From contig NC_086097.1 in the NCBI RefSeq assembly GCF_963921235.1, positions 65,784,001 through 65,848,000 of the forward strand: 64,000 bases of DNA, in the 5' to 3' direction. A program made the position numbers and the translations under genes. The DNA is from Mobula hypostoma (Eukaryota). Shown here in pieces: positions 50,461-61,355 of this stretch. The notes beneath the pieces are model-generated. The model saw only the letters and a program-made list of their open reading frames with translations. It was not told where the DNA came from and did no database searches. Each line of letters opens with the position of its first letter. Positions within the stretch are counted from its first letter, which is position 1.

Positions 50461-53400
50461 GTCAAAAAAATTGATTTCCGTGATATTGTATATAATTTGC
50501 GGGCATCAGGGAGCCACTATTAATATGTGGCAGACTCCCGGAAGTTCCGGGAGAGGTGGGATGTCTGATAATTAGCAGTTAACATTACAGTTAATATTAC
50601 TGAGAACCCTACATTCTCCCCCCACCGAATTAAGTCATGCCCTCATGACATTCAGATAATTCGCCAACCCTTCCTGCAGAACACACAGCCCTATCCAAGT
50701 CCAGAAAGCAGTGACATAACTCCTCAAAACAGTAGAGATCACACCCTGCTCCCCAGGCACTACATAGGCCAACCTCTCCGAGGGGGTTCCTAATCCTCTG
50801 AGACCTCCGTAACCCCTCTTCAAGCTCCTCTGTCTCAGCCACTACTGGGGACACTTTGGGGCTACCTGGCGAAACCTCTGGCGATCTGTCACTCAAACCC
50901 CTCTGCAACTCTGAGCCCCCTGCCTCGGGTTCGGGCCACCCTCCCTCTCCTTCAGAGTCCAGCTGCACTTCCTGTTGTACACCAATAGCCCCCCTCACCT
51001 CCCCTGATGCAGTGGGAGAAGGGCCTGGAGTCTCTTCCTCTGTCACGGGGGAGTTAGTGAATGGCAGCATGTACCATACATCCGAATCCTCATCCTCTGA
51101 ATCAGTATCCCTGTCCAGGGCTAGGCCCGGCCCCGTCTCTTTTGCGGTGGGCTCTTCCCTCACCCCGCGCCTCCACAGAGTCCTCGTACTCGGCGTAAAC
51201 TCCAATTTGGGCTCTTGGTCTGCCTGCACCTCTTGGCCCAGGGGCAATAGGTGGTTCCGATGGAGTATCTTGACAGGCCCCTTCCCGTCCTCTGGCCTCA
51301 CCCAGAAAACTGGTAGGTTTGGCATCTGATTTTCTACCACATAGCGTGTGGCCAACAAGCGATCAGCCAACTTGTGCTTTCCAGGTAATCCCAAATTCCT
51401 TATGACGACTCGGTCTCCCAGCAGGAGTTGGGAGAACTTCACTTTCTGGTCATACCTCCTCTTATTTCCCCGATTCTGCTTGGCGGCTGCCCCAGCCAAT
51501 TCGTAAGCCCTTCTCAGCTTTCTCCTTATATCAGACACATACTTCAGATAAGGCTTCGGCTGCACGTCACCCGCGTCATTCCCGAAACAGAGGTCAATGG
51601 GCAACCTCGCCTCGCGGCCACACATCAGATAATAGGGCGAATACCCAGTAGCTTAATTGTGTGTACAGTTGTAACAGTGAACCAGATGCCCAATATGTTG
51701 GCTCCATCTGCTCTTTTTGCTGATCTCTAGAGTCCCGAGCATGTCTAGCAATGTCCGATTAAACCTCTCTGGCTGGGGATCGCCCTGCGGATGATAGGGT
51801 GTGTCCTCGATTTCTCAACTCCCAGCATGCCCAGTAACTCATAGATGAGCTTACTCTCAAAGTCCCGTCCCTGATCATTATGTATCCACCAGGGAAGGCT
51901 ATAATGCACGAAATACTTCTCCCATAACACTTTTGCCACTGTAGTCGCCGTCTGGTCCTTGGTTGGAAAAGCCTGAGCATATCTAGTGTAGTGGTCCATG
52001 ATGACTAAGACATTCGCCGTGTTGTTGGCATCGGGTTCTATGGACAGAAAATCCATACACACCATGTCCAGGGGCCCTGCAGTCTGCAAGTGTGACAAAG
52101 GAGCGGCCTGCACAGGCAGTGTCTTCCGGCGTATGCAGCGAATGCACGACTTGCAGTACTCTTCAACCTCCGACTTCGTTTGAAGCCAGTAAAACCTGTC
52201 TTTGAGCAATCCATCGGTCTTCTCCACCCCCAGATGTCCAGACTCATTGTGCAGTGACTTCAACGCAATCTTCCGATACTTCTCAGGCAGGACCAACTGT
52301 CAACACCGAGGTCAGACCCAGGGTGATGTGACCCGGTATAAAATTTGTTTCCTCAACTTCAACCGAGGCCATTCTCTCAATAATGGAGGCACCGAAGCGT
52401 GTTTCGTCTTCTCTGCCCACGCCATATCCCCCTTTTCCAATGCCTGGGTCATCTCACTGAGCAGCTGCCACTTCCCCCGGGCTCAATTCCAGCAGCTGCT
52501 TGGTCTTCAAAGCAGTCAAGTCACAGTAAGCTGGGGGTAGGGCGTCGTCAGAAGCCCCCAGGGGGTCCACCGCGCGATACAGCATATCCTTTTCCTCAGC
52601 CTTCACAGTGATAGCGAACTGACACATGGCCTACACCCCAGAGGCAGGAATGCTCTCCCACTCCTGGTCCCTCTACAGTTCCTCATGCACCCGTTGGGAC
52701 AAAACGTCCGCATCGATGTTCTGGCTCCCCGGCCGGTACTTCAGGCTGAAATCATATAACGACAAGGCCGCCAACCACCAATGACCTGTAGCATCCAGTT
52801 TCGTCGACGTCAGGATATAAGTAAGAGGGTTGTTGTCCGTCCTCACCTCAAACTTGGCCCCGTAGGTATAGTCACTCAGCTTATCCACCACCACCCATTT
52901 CAACGCCAGAAACTCCAACTTGTGGGTGGTATAGTTTCTCTTGGAGGGTGACAAACTCCGGCTGACAAACACTACAGTTCTCAACCCGGCACCCTGATCA
53001 TGATACAAGACGGCCCCTCATCCCTCTCGGCTGGCATCGGTGTGTAGTACATAGGGTTACCGGGGGTCTGCAAAAGCCAGCACTAGTGCCTGGGTCAGCA
53101 ACTCTTTCAGCAATTTAAAGCCTCCTCATATTTTGCATCCCACCTCTGTTGGCTCCGACAGGTTGAGATAGTCTCCAGTCTCCCGTCCCCTTTTACTTTT
53201 CTGCCCGGGGGTGGGGGGGGGAGTAACCACGCAGAAGCTGGTTCAAGGGGTGACTCACTTTGGCGTAGCCCTTCACGAATCTCCAATAATAACCACAGAA
53301 CCCCAAGAACGAGTGCAGAGCGCTCACGGTCTGGGGCCTTGGCCACATGGTCACCGCTTCTATCTTAGACTGGTCTGTAGCTACAGGCTAGTGCGTCTTT

Positions 53401-56400
53401 GACCCTCAGGACTGTATACTGGTCGGGGACAGTGTGCCGGTTCAGGGTCCTATTGCTCTCACACATGCGTACCTTTCCGTTCTTCTTCCAGGCCACTACT
53501 ATTGGAGACGCTTAAGGGCTTTGGGATTCAGAGATGATCCCAGCTTCCTTTAACTTTCACAGGTGCTGGTGCACATCTTCTACATCTGCAGGGGCTAGTC
53601 ACCGCGACCTCTCTCTGAATGGGGTGTCCTCAGTCACCCGGATGGTGTGGCGAGTGCTCTTGGAACAATCCACATCAAACTCGCCAAGCGAAAAAACATC
53701 TTCCAGCTTCAACATCTTCTCCACCAGCCTTTTCTTCCAACCCAGTGGCACCAGCGAGTCCCCAAAGTTAAAGGCCTTAGCAGTCAGCTTCCCTCTGTTT
53801 TCCAATTGTCCCCCCACCCCAGCAGGCCTCACGGGGGCACTCGACATTACAGTCACTGGGAACAAATGCGCCAGGGGCATCCCTCTCTTAAAGGTGATTT
53901 CTCTCGTTGTGGTGTTCCTGACAATCACAGCCAACCTATTCGCCTGTACCACTTCGGGCCTCTGCACTTCGGGCCTCACCAGCACCCCAGCCGGAAATCG
54001 TGACTCCTCCCCAAGGTCTTCCGGGGCGTCCACTGAAAGGGCCTCGCCGTCAAGCACACCGGGAAATCTGGGGGTTCCCATCACCCTCGCTACTTCCCCA
54101 GGCCTTATTACCTCGCTTCAGTATCTGGCCCAGGGTGGCTTCGCACTGCCTCAAAAGCAGCTCAAAACATTGGGTGCACAGCCTGGGTCTCCAAAAAAAT
54201 TCTCACCCGTCTTTTCCTGGCAGGCCCCGTGAGCCTCCGCACCACAGGGATGTTGGTCCCCACCAGAATTGAAGCACCTCCCTGTCTCAACTGGGTCCAG
54301 ACAAACCAGCACTAACATCTCCAGAACTTCAGACACTCCCACATCGGCTTCTGAAAACTCCAGTCTCACTGATAAACACCCATCATATGGATAATCCCCA
54401 GCACTGACGCCCCAAGTCTCCAGTGCACTGAATGGGGTCATGGGCAAATGCTTTAAATACTGGTTGTAAAACAAATGGTATAGAAACGTGACCTGCGACC
54501 GGGTGTCGAGTATGGCTTTAGCAGAGATTCCCTCTATCCGTAGCGACACGCTGGATCAGGGTCCCACTAATCCTTCTGGAGTCGGGTCTTTTGCTTTCGG
54601 GGGTTCCTTGGTACATCGCTGGGAACGTGTTCCCCTAGAGACACCAGGTCGTTCACTCACTGGATGTCCTCTAAGTTTCCCGACACCTCTTCCTGCTTGG
54701 ATGCCCGGGGTTCTCCCCCTCTGAGGGGCTCCCTGCTGCTCACATTCCCGCTGGAGGTGGCCCTTTTCCCCACAGTTATAGCACACCCCCTGCCACTCAC
54801 ATTCTCTCTAAAAATGTCTCTCTTTCCTGCAGTTATAGCACACGCTACTGGCCACCCCTCTTCTTGCGGAACCCCCACCACTCACTGCCCTGTACGCTGT
54901 CTGTCCCCTGGGGGTGAGGGGGGGTCCCTGCCTACCGACCCCTCTGTTTTCAGTTCAGCCACCGCCTCCTTTATCAATTTTCGGGTGGAGCCGGCTCTGC
55001 TCACTTCACCACCAGGCGCTACACCTGAGGATTTCACCCCACTGACAGAGTCCTCCCGCGGCCTCAACGTGTTTTCATCCCCCCTCACATCTCTGATCAA
55101 CTGAATGAACGTCAGAGGAGGGCGCGTTTTATAGGACTGCCGGACACTCCAAGCAATCTTGTCCTCAGCTTGGGCACCCCTAACTACCTGATCGATCCTT
55201 AACTAATCCACCCGTTCAGCCCGAATGATCCTCCTCCTCAGCGCCGCAGACCCCCAAGCCGTCTCTCTAGCCGAAAGGGGTACGTGGAGAGCATCTCACC
55301 CTGCTCCTGACGCATGTTTTGAAACACCCCGAGGAGTTCCCGGTCAACCCAAAAGCACTCTCCAAAAGCCTCCAGGTAATCCTTCAGAGTGACTGCGGGC
55401 TGGTTGTCCCTCACCCCTCGCACTACCGTAGCTGCCACTCCCCGCAAACTTTCAACAAATCGCTGTCGTTTTTTCTCATCCGAGCACTGCCACTCACTTA
55501 ACAACTGTGTCATTTGCTCTATCCACATCTCATAATCTTCTTCCACTTCAGGGGTGGGTGTTATCATAGAGAAAATTCTTATCCTCTGGCGGGGCCCCTC
55601 TGCCTTTTTCGCCAAGGAGGTAATGGCAGATGGCAATTCGGAACCCTCGCCTTTCGCTAAAGGGCGGGAACTAACCAATTTTTCCAAATCTGACCAGTGC
55701 TTTCCTTCATCCTCCAGTACCAAAAGAATTCATTCCCTAAGATCTCCTCCCCCCTCTGCCAGCGACTCAGCTCACTGAGCTTCGACCCCTCCCTCCCTGT
55801 CAATTTGCAGACGCCATGGTCCCACCTCCCCTGGGACACCAGTCTCCTCTGGCGACTCCACCCCTCCTATGTCCTCGCCTGTCTGCACCAACACTATGTC
55901 TGTACCTGCCTCAAAATCAAAGTTTCGCGATACAATTTCCACTTTTCAACAGCTTTAACCGTACTCAAACCTTGAAGTAACACATCATCCAGTACCTAGT
56001 CTCCACCCACCTCAACACACACGCCTTGCTCGCTGGCACCCTCTCAGCCGCACACCATCGCCGAAATGCAGCTGTCACCATCGCCACTGTACTTTAAACA
56101 GAGTGGTCACACAGCATCCACAGAATTCAATCTCAGATTAGTGAATTACAAATGTAATGCACAGGGCTATCGGCTCGTGTTTGTCTAGGGGAAACCCTGT
56201 CTGCCGGCCAAACCGTGTCTCACATTTGCGTAGTTGCTGTGTAATGCACCCTGGTACAAACTCACACATAAAATATCAGAGAGCACACAATGTATGATTT
56301 ACATATTACACTTTATAAATCTTACTGGAACTATGTAATTTAAGGAGGTACAATATAAAAGGAAAGTAAAAGGCGCCAAACTTATCAGAGTTCAACCACT

Positions 56401-56671
56401 TCATGCACAACCGTTGGAGCTCAGTTACCACCATTCAATCTCCACCATTCAATCTCCTCCGACCTTGGCGATCTGCCGCCTGAGACCAACCACAGTGGTC
56501 GACCAGAGCGCGTCCAGCATGTTCTTTCTCTTCGGTTCTCCTCCTGAAAAGCCTGCTCACTGACCCAGGTTCCACACATATATCTGTAGATAGAATATCA
56601 TAGCTCCCATTGGTTAGTTCCTCCGTTATCTATAACTATTACCCAAACATTTCAGCTACGGAGAACATTAC

Positions 56672-58004
56672 ATAGAAACATAGAAACATAGAAAATAGGT
56701 GCAGGAGTAGGTCATTCGGCCCTTCGAGCCTGCACCGCCATTTATTATGATCATGGCTGATCATCCAACTCAGAACCCAGCCTTCCCTCCATACCCCCTG
56801 ACCCCTGTAGCCACAAGGGCCATATCTAACTTCCTTTTAAACATAGCTAATGAACTGGCCTCAACAGTTTGCTGTGGCAGAGAATTCCACAGATTCACCA
56901 CTCTCTGTGTGAAGAAGTTTTTCCTAACCTCGGTCCTAAAAGGCTTCCCCTCTATCCTCAAACTGTGACCCCTCGTTCTAGACCTCCCCAACATCGGGAA
57001 CAATCTTCCCGCATCTAGCCTGTCCAATCCCTTTAGGATCTTATACGTTTCAATCAGATCCCCCCTCAATCTTCTAAATTCCAACGAGTACAAGCCCAGT
57101 TCATCCAGTCTTTCTTCATATGAAAGACCTGCCATCCCAGGAATCAATCTGGTGAACCTTCTTTGTACTCCCTCTATGGCAAAGATGTCTTTCCTCAGAT
57201 TAGGGGACCAAAACTGCACACAATACTCCAGGTGTGGTCTCACCAAGGCCTTGTACAACTGCAGTAGTACCTCCCTGCTCCTGTACTCGAATCCTCTCGC
57301 TATAAATGCCAGCATACCGTTCGCCTTTTTCACCGCCTGCTGTACCTGCATGCCCACTTTCAATGACTGGTGTATAATGACACCCAGGTCTCGTTGCACC
57401 TCCCCTTTTCCTAATCGGCCACCACTCAGATAATAATCTGTTTTCCTATTTTTGCCACCAAAGTGGATAACTTCACATTTATCCACATTAAATTGCATCT
57501 GCCATGAGTTTGTCCACTCACCCAACCGATCCAAGTCACCCTGCATCCTCTTAGCATCCTCCTCACTGCTAACACTGCCACCCAGCTTCGTGTCATCCGC
57601 AAACTTGGAGATGCTGCATTTAATTCCCTCATCCAAGTCATTAATATATATTGTAAACAACTGGGGTCCCAGCACTGAGCCTTGCGGTACCCCACTAGTT
57701 ACCGCCTGCCATTCTGAAAAGGTCCCGTTTATTCCCACTCTTTGCTTCCTGTCTGCTAACCAATTCTCCACCCACACCAATACCTTACCCCCAATACTGT
57801 GTGCTTTAAGTTTGCACACTAATCTCCTGTGTGGGACCTTGTCAAAAGCCTTTTGAAAATCCAAATATACCACATCCACTGGTTCTCCCCTATCCACTCT
57901 ACTAGTTACATCCTCAAAAAATTCTATGAGATTCGTCAGACATGATTTTCCTTTTACAAATCCATGCTGACTTTGTCCGATCATTTCAATGCTTTCCAAA
58001 TGTG
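56672..58004 (-). mobile_element. Young CR1 LINE with uninterrupted 409-aa RT C-terminal ORF
   Basis: SQHGFVKGKSCLTNL, YLDFQKAFDKV, GVPQGSVLGP, KFADDTKL; tail (catagaaa)3 on the + strand. Confidence 0.95.
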
Positions 58005-59045
58005 CAGGCCCCAGTCAGTTTAGATTGGCAAGAACATCACCTCCATAATTTCCATCAGCACAGGTGTACCACAAGGCTGTGTGCTTAGCCCCCGATCTAC
58101 TCACTTTACAATTACGATTGTGTGGCTAAGCACAGCTCCAATGCCATATTCAAGTTTGCTAACAGCACCGCTGTCACTGGCCGAATCGAAGGTGGTGATG
58201 AATCAGCATAAAGGAGAGAGATTGAAAATCTAGCTGAGTGGTGCCATAGCAACAACCTTTTCCTCAATGTCAACAAGACAAAGGAGCTGGTTATTGACTT
58301 CAGGAGGAGGAAACGAGAGGTCCATGAGCTGGTCCTCATTGGAGGATCAGAGGTGGAGAGGGTCAGCAATGTTAAATTCTTCAGTGTTATTATTTCAGAG
58401 GACCTGTCCTGGGCCCAGGAGATGAGTGCAATTATAAAGAAAACACAGCCACACCTCTATTTCCTTAGGAGTTTGTGAAGATTCAGCATGACATCAAAAA
58501 CTTTGACAAACTTCTATAGATGTGTAGTGGAGATATGTCGTACAGCCTGGTATGGAAACACCAATGCTCTTGAATGAAAATCCCACAAAAAGTAGTGGAT
58601 ATGGCCTGGTCCATCACAGGTAAAGCCGTCTCTACCATTGAGCATATCTGCAAGGAACGTTGTCACAGGAAAACAGTATCCACCCTCAGGGACCCCACCC
58701 ACCATCCAGGTCATATTCTCTTGTCATTGCTACCATATGAAGAAGGTATAGGAGCCTCAGGTTGAGAAACAGTTGTTACCCCTCAACTATCAGGCTCTTG
58801 AACCAGAGGGGATAACTTCATTTTACCCTATATTGAAATGTTCCCACAACCTATGGCTCACTTTCAAGGACTCTTCAACTCGTATTCTATTTGAATGCCC
58901 AAGTTGGTGTGGTCCTTCATTGATTTTATTATTGGTTATATTCAATTATGGATTTATTGAGTATGCCTGCAAGAAGATTAATCTCAATGTTGTATATGGT
59001 GACATATATGTACTTTGATAATAAATTTACTTTGAACTTTGAAAT
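58005..59045 (+). mobile_element. 5'-truncated Rex1/Babar LINE
   Basis: [18 protein letters not shown]; tail aataaatttactttgaactttgaa. Confidence 0.82.
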
Positions 59046-59689
59046 GAAATTAGAAAAATTCAAAACTTGTGTCTTTCATGGTTACTGTCAGTGGTTGTAG
59101 GTAAAGTAATCATTCAGTCAGATTATAAATTGTCACACAACTTTTAGTTCTTCATTGACACAAGTATCTGAATATATAACTTTTAAGACGTATTAACTGG
59201 GATATATTTTGGGTGTAAGAATGCATGAATTCTGAAATTCTCTGGCAATAGCTGTCCTGTTAGGATTGGTATCCCCTCACTCCCTTGGGAAACATTAATC
59301 ATACATGTGGAAGGTTATGTTTAAAGGAAGCATCATTATTCCTTTACAAGATGTCATAAAATTTCATTTCATAGTCATTTTCATAGTCATAGACATAAAA
59401 TTGTCAGGATTTATTTCTGCTTGTGCCCATAATGTTCTACTTTTGGGGCAAGAACTTAATCCATGATTTGGAACTTGGTTCTCAATCATGTTTCTTTTCC
59501 CTCTGCAATTCTGTACCTTGTTCTGACCTCTTTCACTATTCCAGCAAAAGATGGACTATGTTTAAAAGTGCCTTCTATTTAATTTCTTCTTCCAGTTGAA
59601 TGCCATCCAAATTTTAGTTTAGCTGCGGTTAAAAGCTAACTGCTTCTATTCTGCTTGCATGGCTTAAAAGGTCCTTGATTTGCTAATTT

Positions 59690-60340
59690 CTTATTCTGTT
59701 GGAATTCTTTGAGGAAATAACAGGCAGGGTAGACAAAGGAGAGTCAATGGCTGTTGTTACTTGAATTTTCAAAAAGCCTTTGACAAGATTCTGCACATGG
59801 GACTACTAAACAAGTTAAGAGCCCCATGGTATTACAAGAAAAATACTAGCATGGACAGAAGATTGGCTGACTGGCAGAAGGCAAAAAGTGGGAATAAAGA
59901 GGGCCTTTTTTGGTTGGCTAGCGGTGACTAGTGGTGTTCAACAGGGGTTGGTGTTAGGACTGCTTTTTACATTACATGAGAATGATTAAGATAGCAGAGT
60001 TGATGGTTTTATGGCCAAGTTTGCTACTGATATAAAGATAGGTGGAGGAGCAGGTCATGTTGAGAAAGCAGGAAGCCTGAAGAAGGACCTACACAGCTTG
60101 GGAGAATGGGCAAAGAACTGGCAGATGGAATATAGTGTAGGGAAGTGGACGAAATAAAGGCGTAGAATATTTTCTGTAATCGGGAAGCAAATTCAGTTAT
60201 CAGAGGTGCAAATGGTCTTGAGAGTCCTTGTGCAGGATTCCTTAAATGTTAACTTGTACGTTGAAACAGTAGTGAGGAAGGCAAATGCAATGTGAGAATT
60301 CATTTTGAGAGGACTAGAAAATAAAAGTAAGGCTGTAATT
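59690..60340 (+). mobile_element. Decayed CR1 RT fragment, interrupted by the PLE
   Basis: FQKAFDK, VTSGVQQG and KFA.D.KIGG motifs. Confidence 0.75.
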
Positions 60341-60445
60341 TTAACGCAAACAACAGGAATTCTGCAGATGCTGGAAATTCAAGCAACATACATCAAAGTT
60401 GCTGGTGAACGCAGCAGGCCAAGCAGCATCTATAGGAAGAGGCGC

Positions 60446-60481
60446 AGTCGACGTTTCAGGCCGAGACCCTTCGTCAGGACT
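60446..60481 (-). ncRNA. Minimal type-I hammerhead ribozyme motif (PLE)
   Basis: Reverse complement of the motif at 63889-63924. Confidence 0.78.
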
Positions 60482-61355
60482 AACTGAAGGAAGAGTGAGT
60501 AAGGGATTTGAAAGCTGGAGGGGGAGGGGGATATGCAAAATGATAGGAGAAGACAGGAAGGGGAGGGATAGAGCCGAGAGCTGGACAGGTGATTGGCAAA
60601 AGGGGATACGAGAGGATCATGGGACAGGAGGTCCGGGAAGAAAGACGGGGGGGGTGACCCAGAGGATGGGCAAGAGGTATATTCAGAGGGACAGAGGGAG
60701 AAAAAGGAGAGTGAGAGAAAGAATGTGTGCATAAAAATGAGTAACAGCTGGGGTACGAGGGGGAGGTGGGGCCTAGCGGAAGTTAGAGAAGTCAATGTTC
60801 ATGCCATCAGGTTGGAGGCTACCCAGACGGAATATAAGGTGTTGTTCCTCCAACCTGAGTGTGGCTTCATCTTTACAGTAGAGGAGGCCGTGGATAGACA
60901 TGTCAGAATGGGAATGGGATGTGGAATTAAAATGTGTGGCCACTGGGAGATCCTGCTTTCTCTGGCGGACAGAGCGTAGATGTTCAGCAAAGCGGTCTCC
61001 CAGTCTGCGTCGGGTTTCACCAATATATAAAAGGCCACATCGGGAGCACCGGACGCAATATATCACCCCAGTCGACTCACAGGTGAAGTGATGCCTCATC
61101 TGGAAGGACTGTTTGGGGCCCTGAATGGTGGTAAGGGAGGAAGTGTAAGGGCATGTGTAGCACTTGTTCCGCTTACACGGATAAGTGCCAGGAGGGAGAT
61201 CAGTGGGGAAGGATGGGTGGGACGAATGGACAAGGGAGTTGTGTAGGGAGCGATCCCTGCGGAATGCAGAGAGAGGGGGGGAGGGAAAGATGTGCTTAGT
61301 GGTGGGATCCCGTTGGAGGTGGCGGAAGTTACTGAGAATAATATGTTGGACCCGG

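Larger units (their letters stand above)
49212..50567. mobile_element. Non-autonomous TIR transposon inserted in the Gypsy LTR
   Basis: TIRs cagacatcccacc / ggtgggatgtctg; flanking duplication ataatt; contains a CR1 copy and a CT-rich repeat. Confidence 0.8.
48848..56671 (-). mobile_element. Decayed Gypsy LTR retrotransposon with PNMA-like gag
   Basis: LTRs 48848-50613 (interrupted) and 56153-~56671 (truncated); PPT at 50614-50624; gag WQCSDEKKRQRFVESLRG plus two CYNC knuckles; protease ILDTRSQVT; RNase H LEFLALKW/TDNNPL; integrase HLG..C..C, CMDF, HNDQGRDFES. Confidence 0.92.

Noticed and set aside
50154..50575. Arg/Glu/Ser- or Leu/Ser-rich ORFs
   Set aside because: Translation of a (CT)/(CTCG) microsatellite.
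53534..54232. 232-aa plus-strand ORF
   Set aside because: Antisense shadow of GC-rich Gypsy pol.
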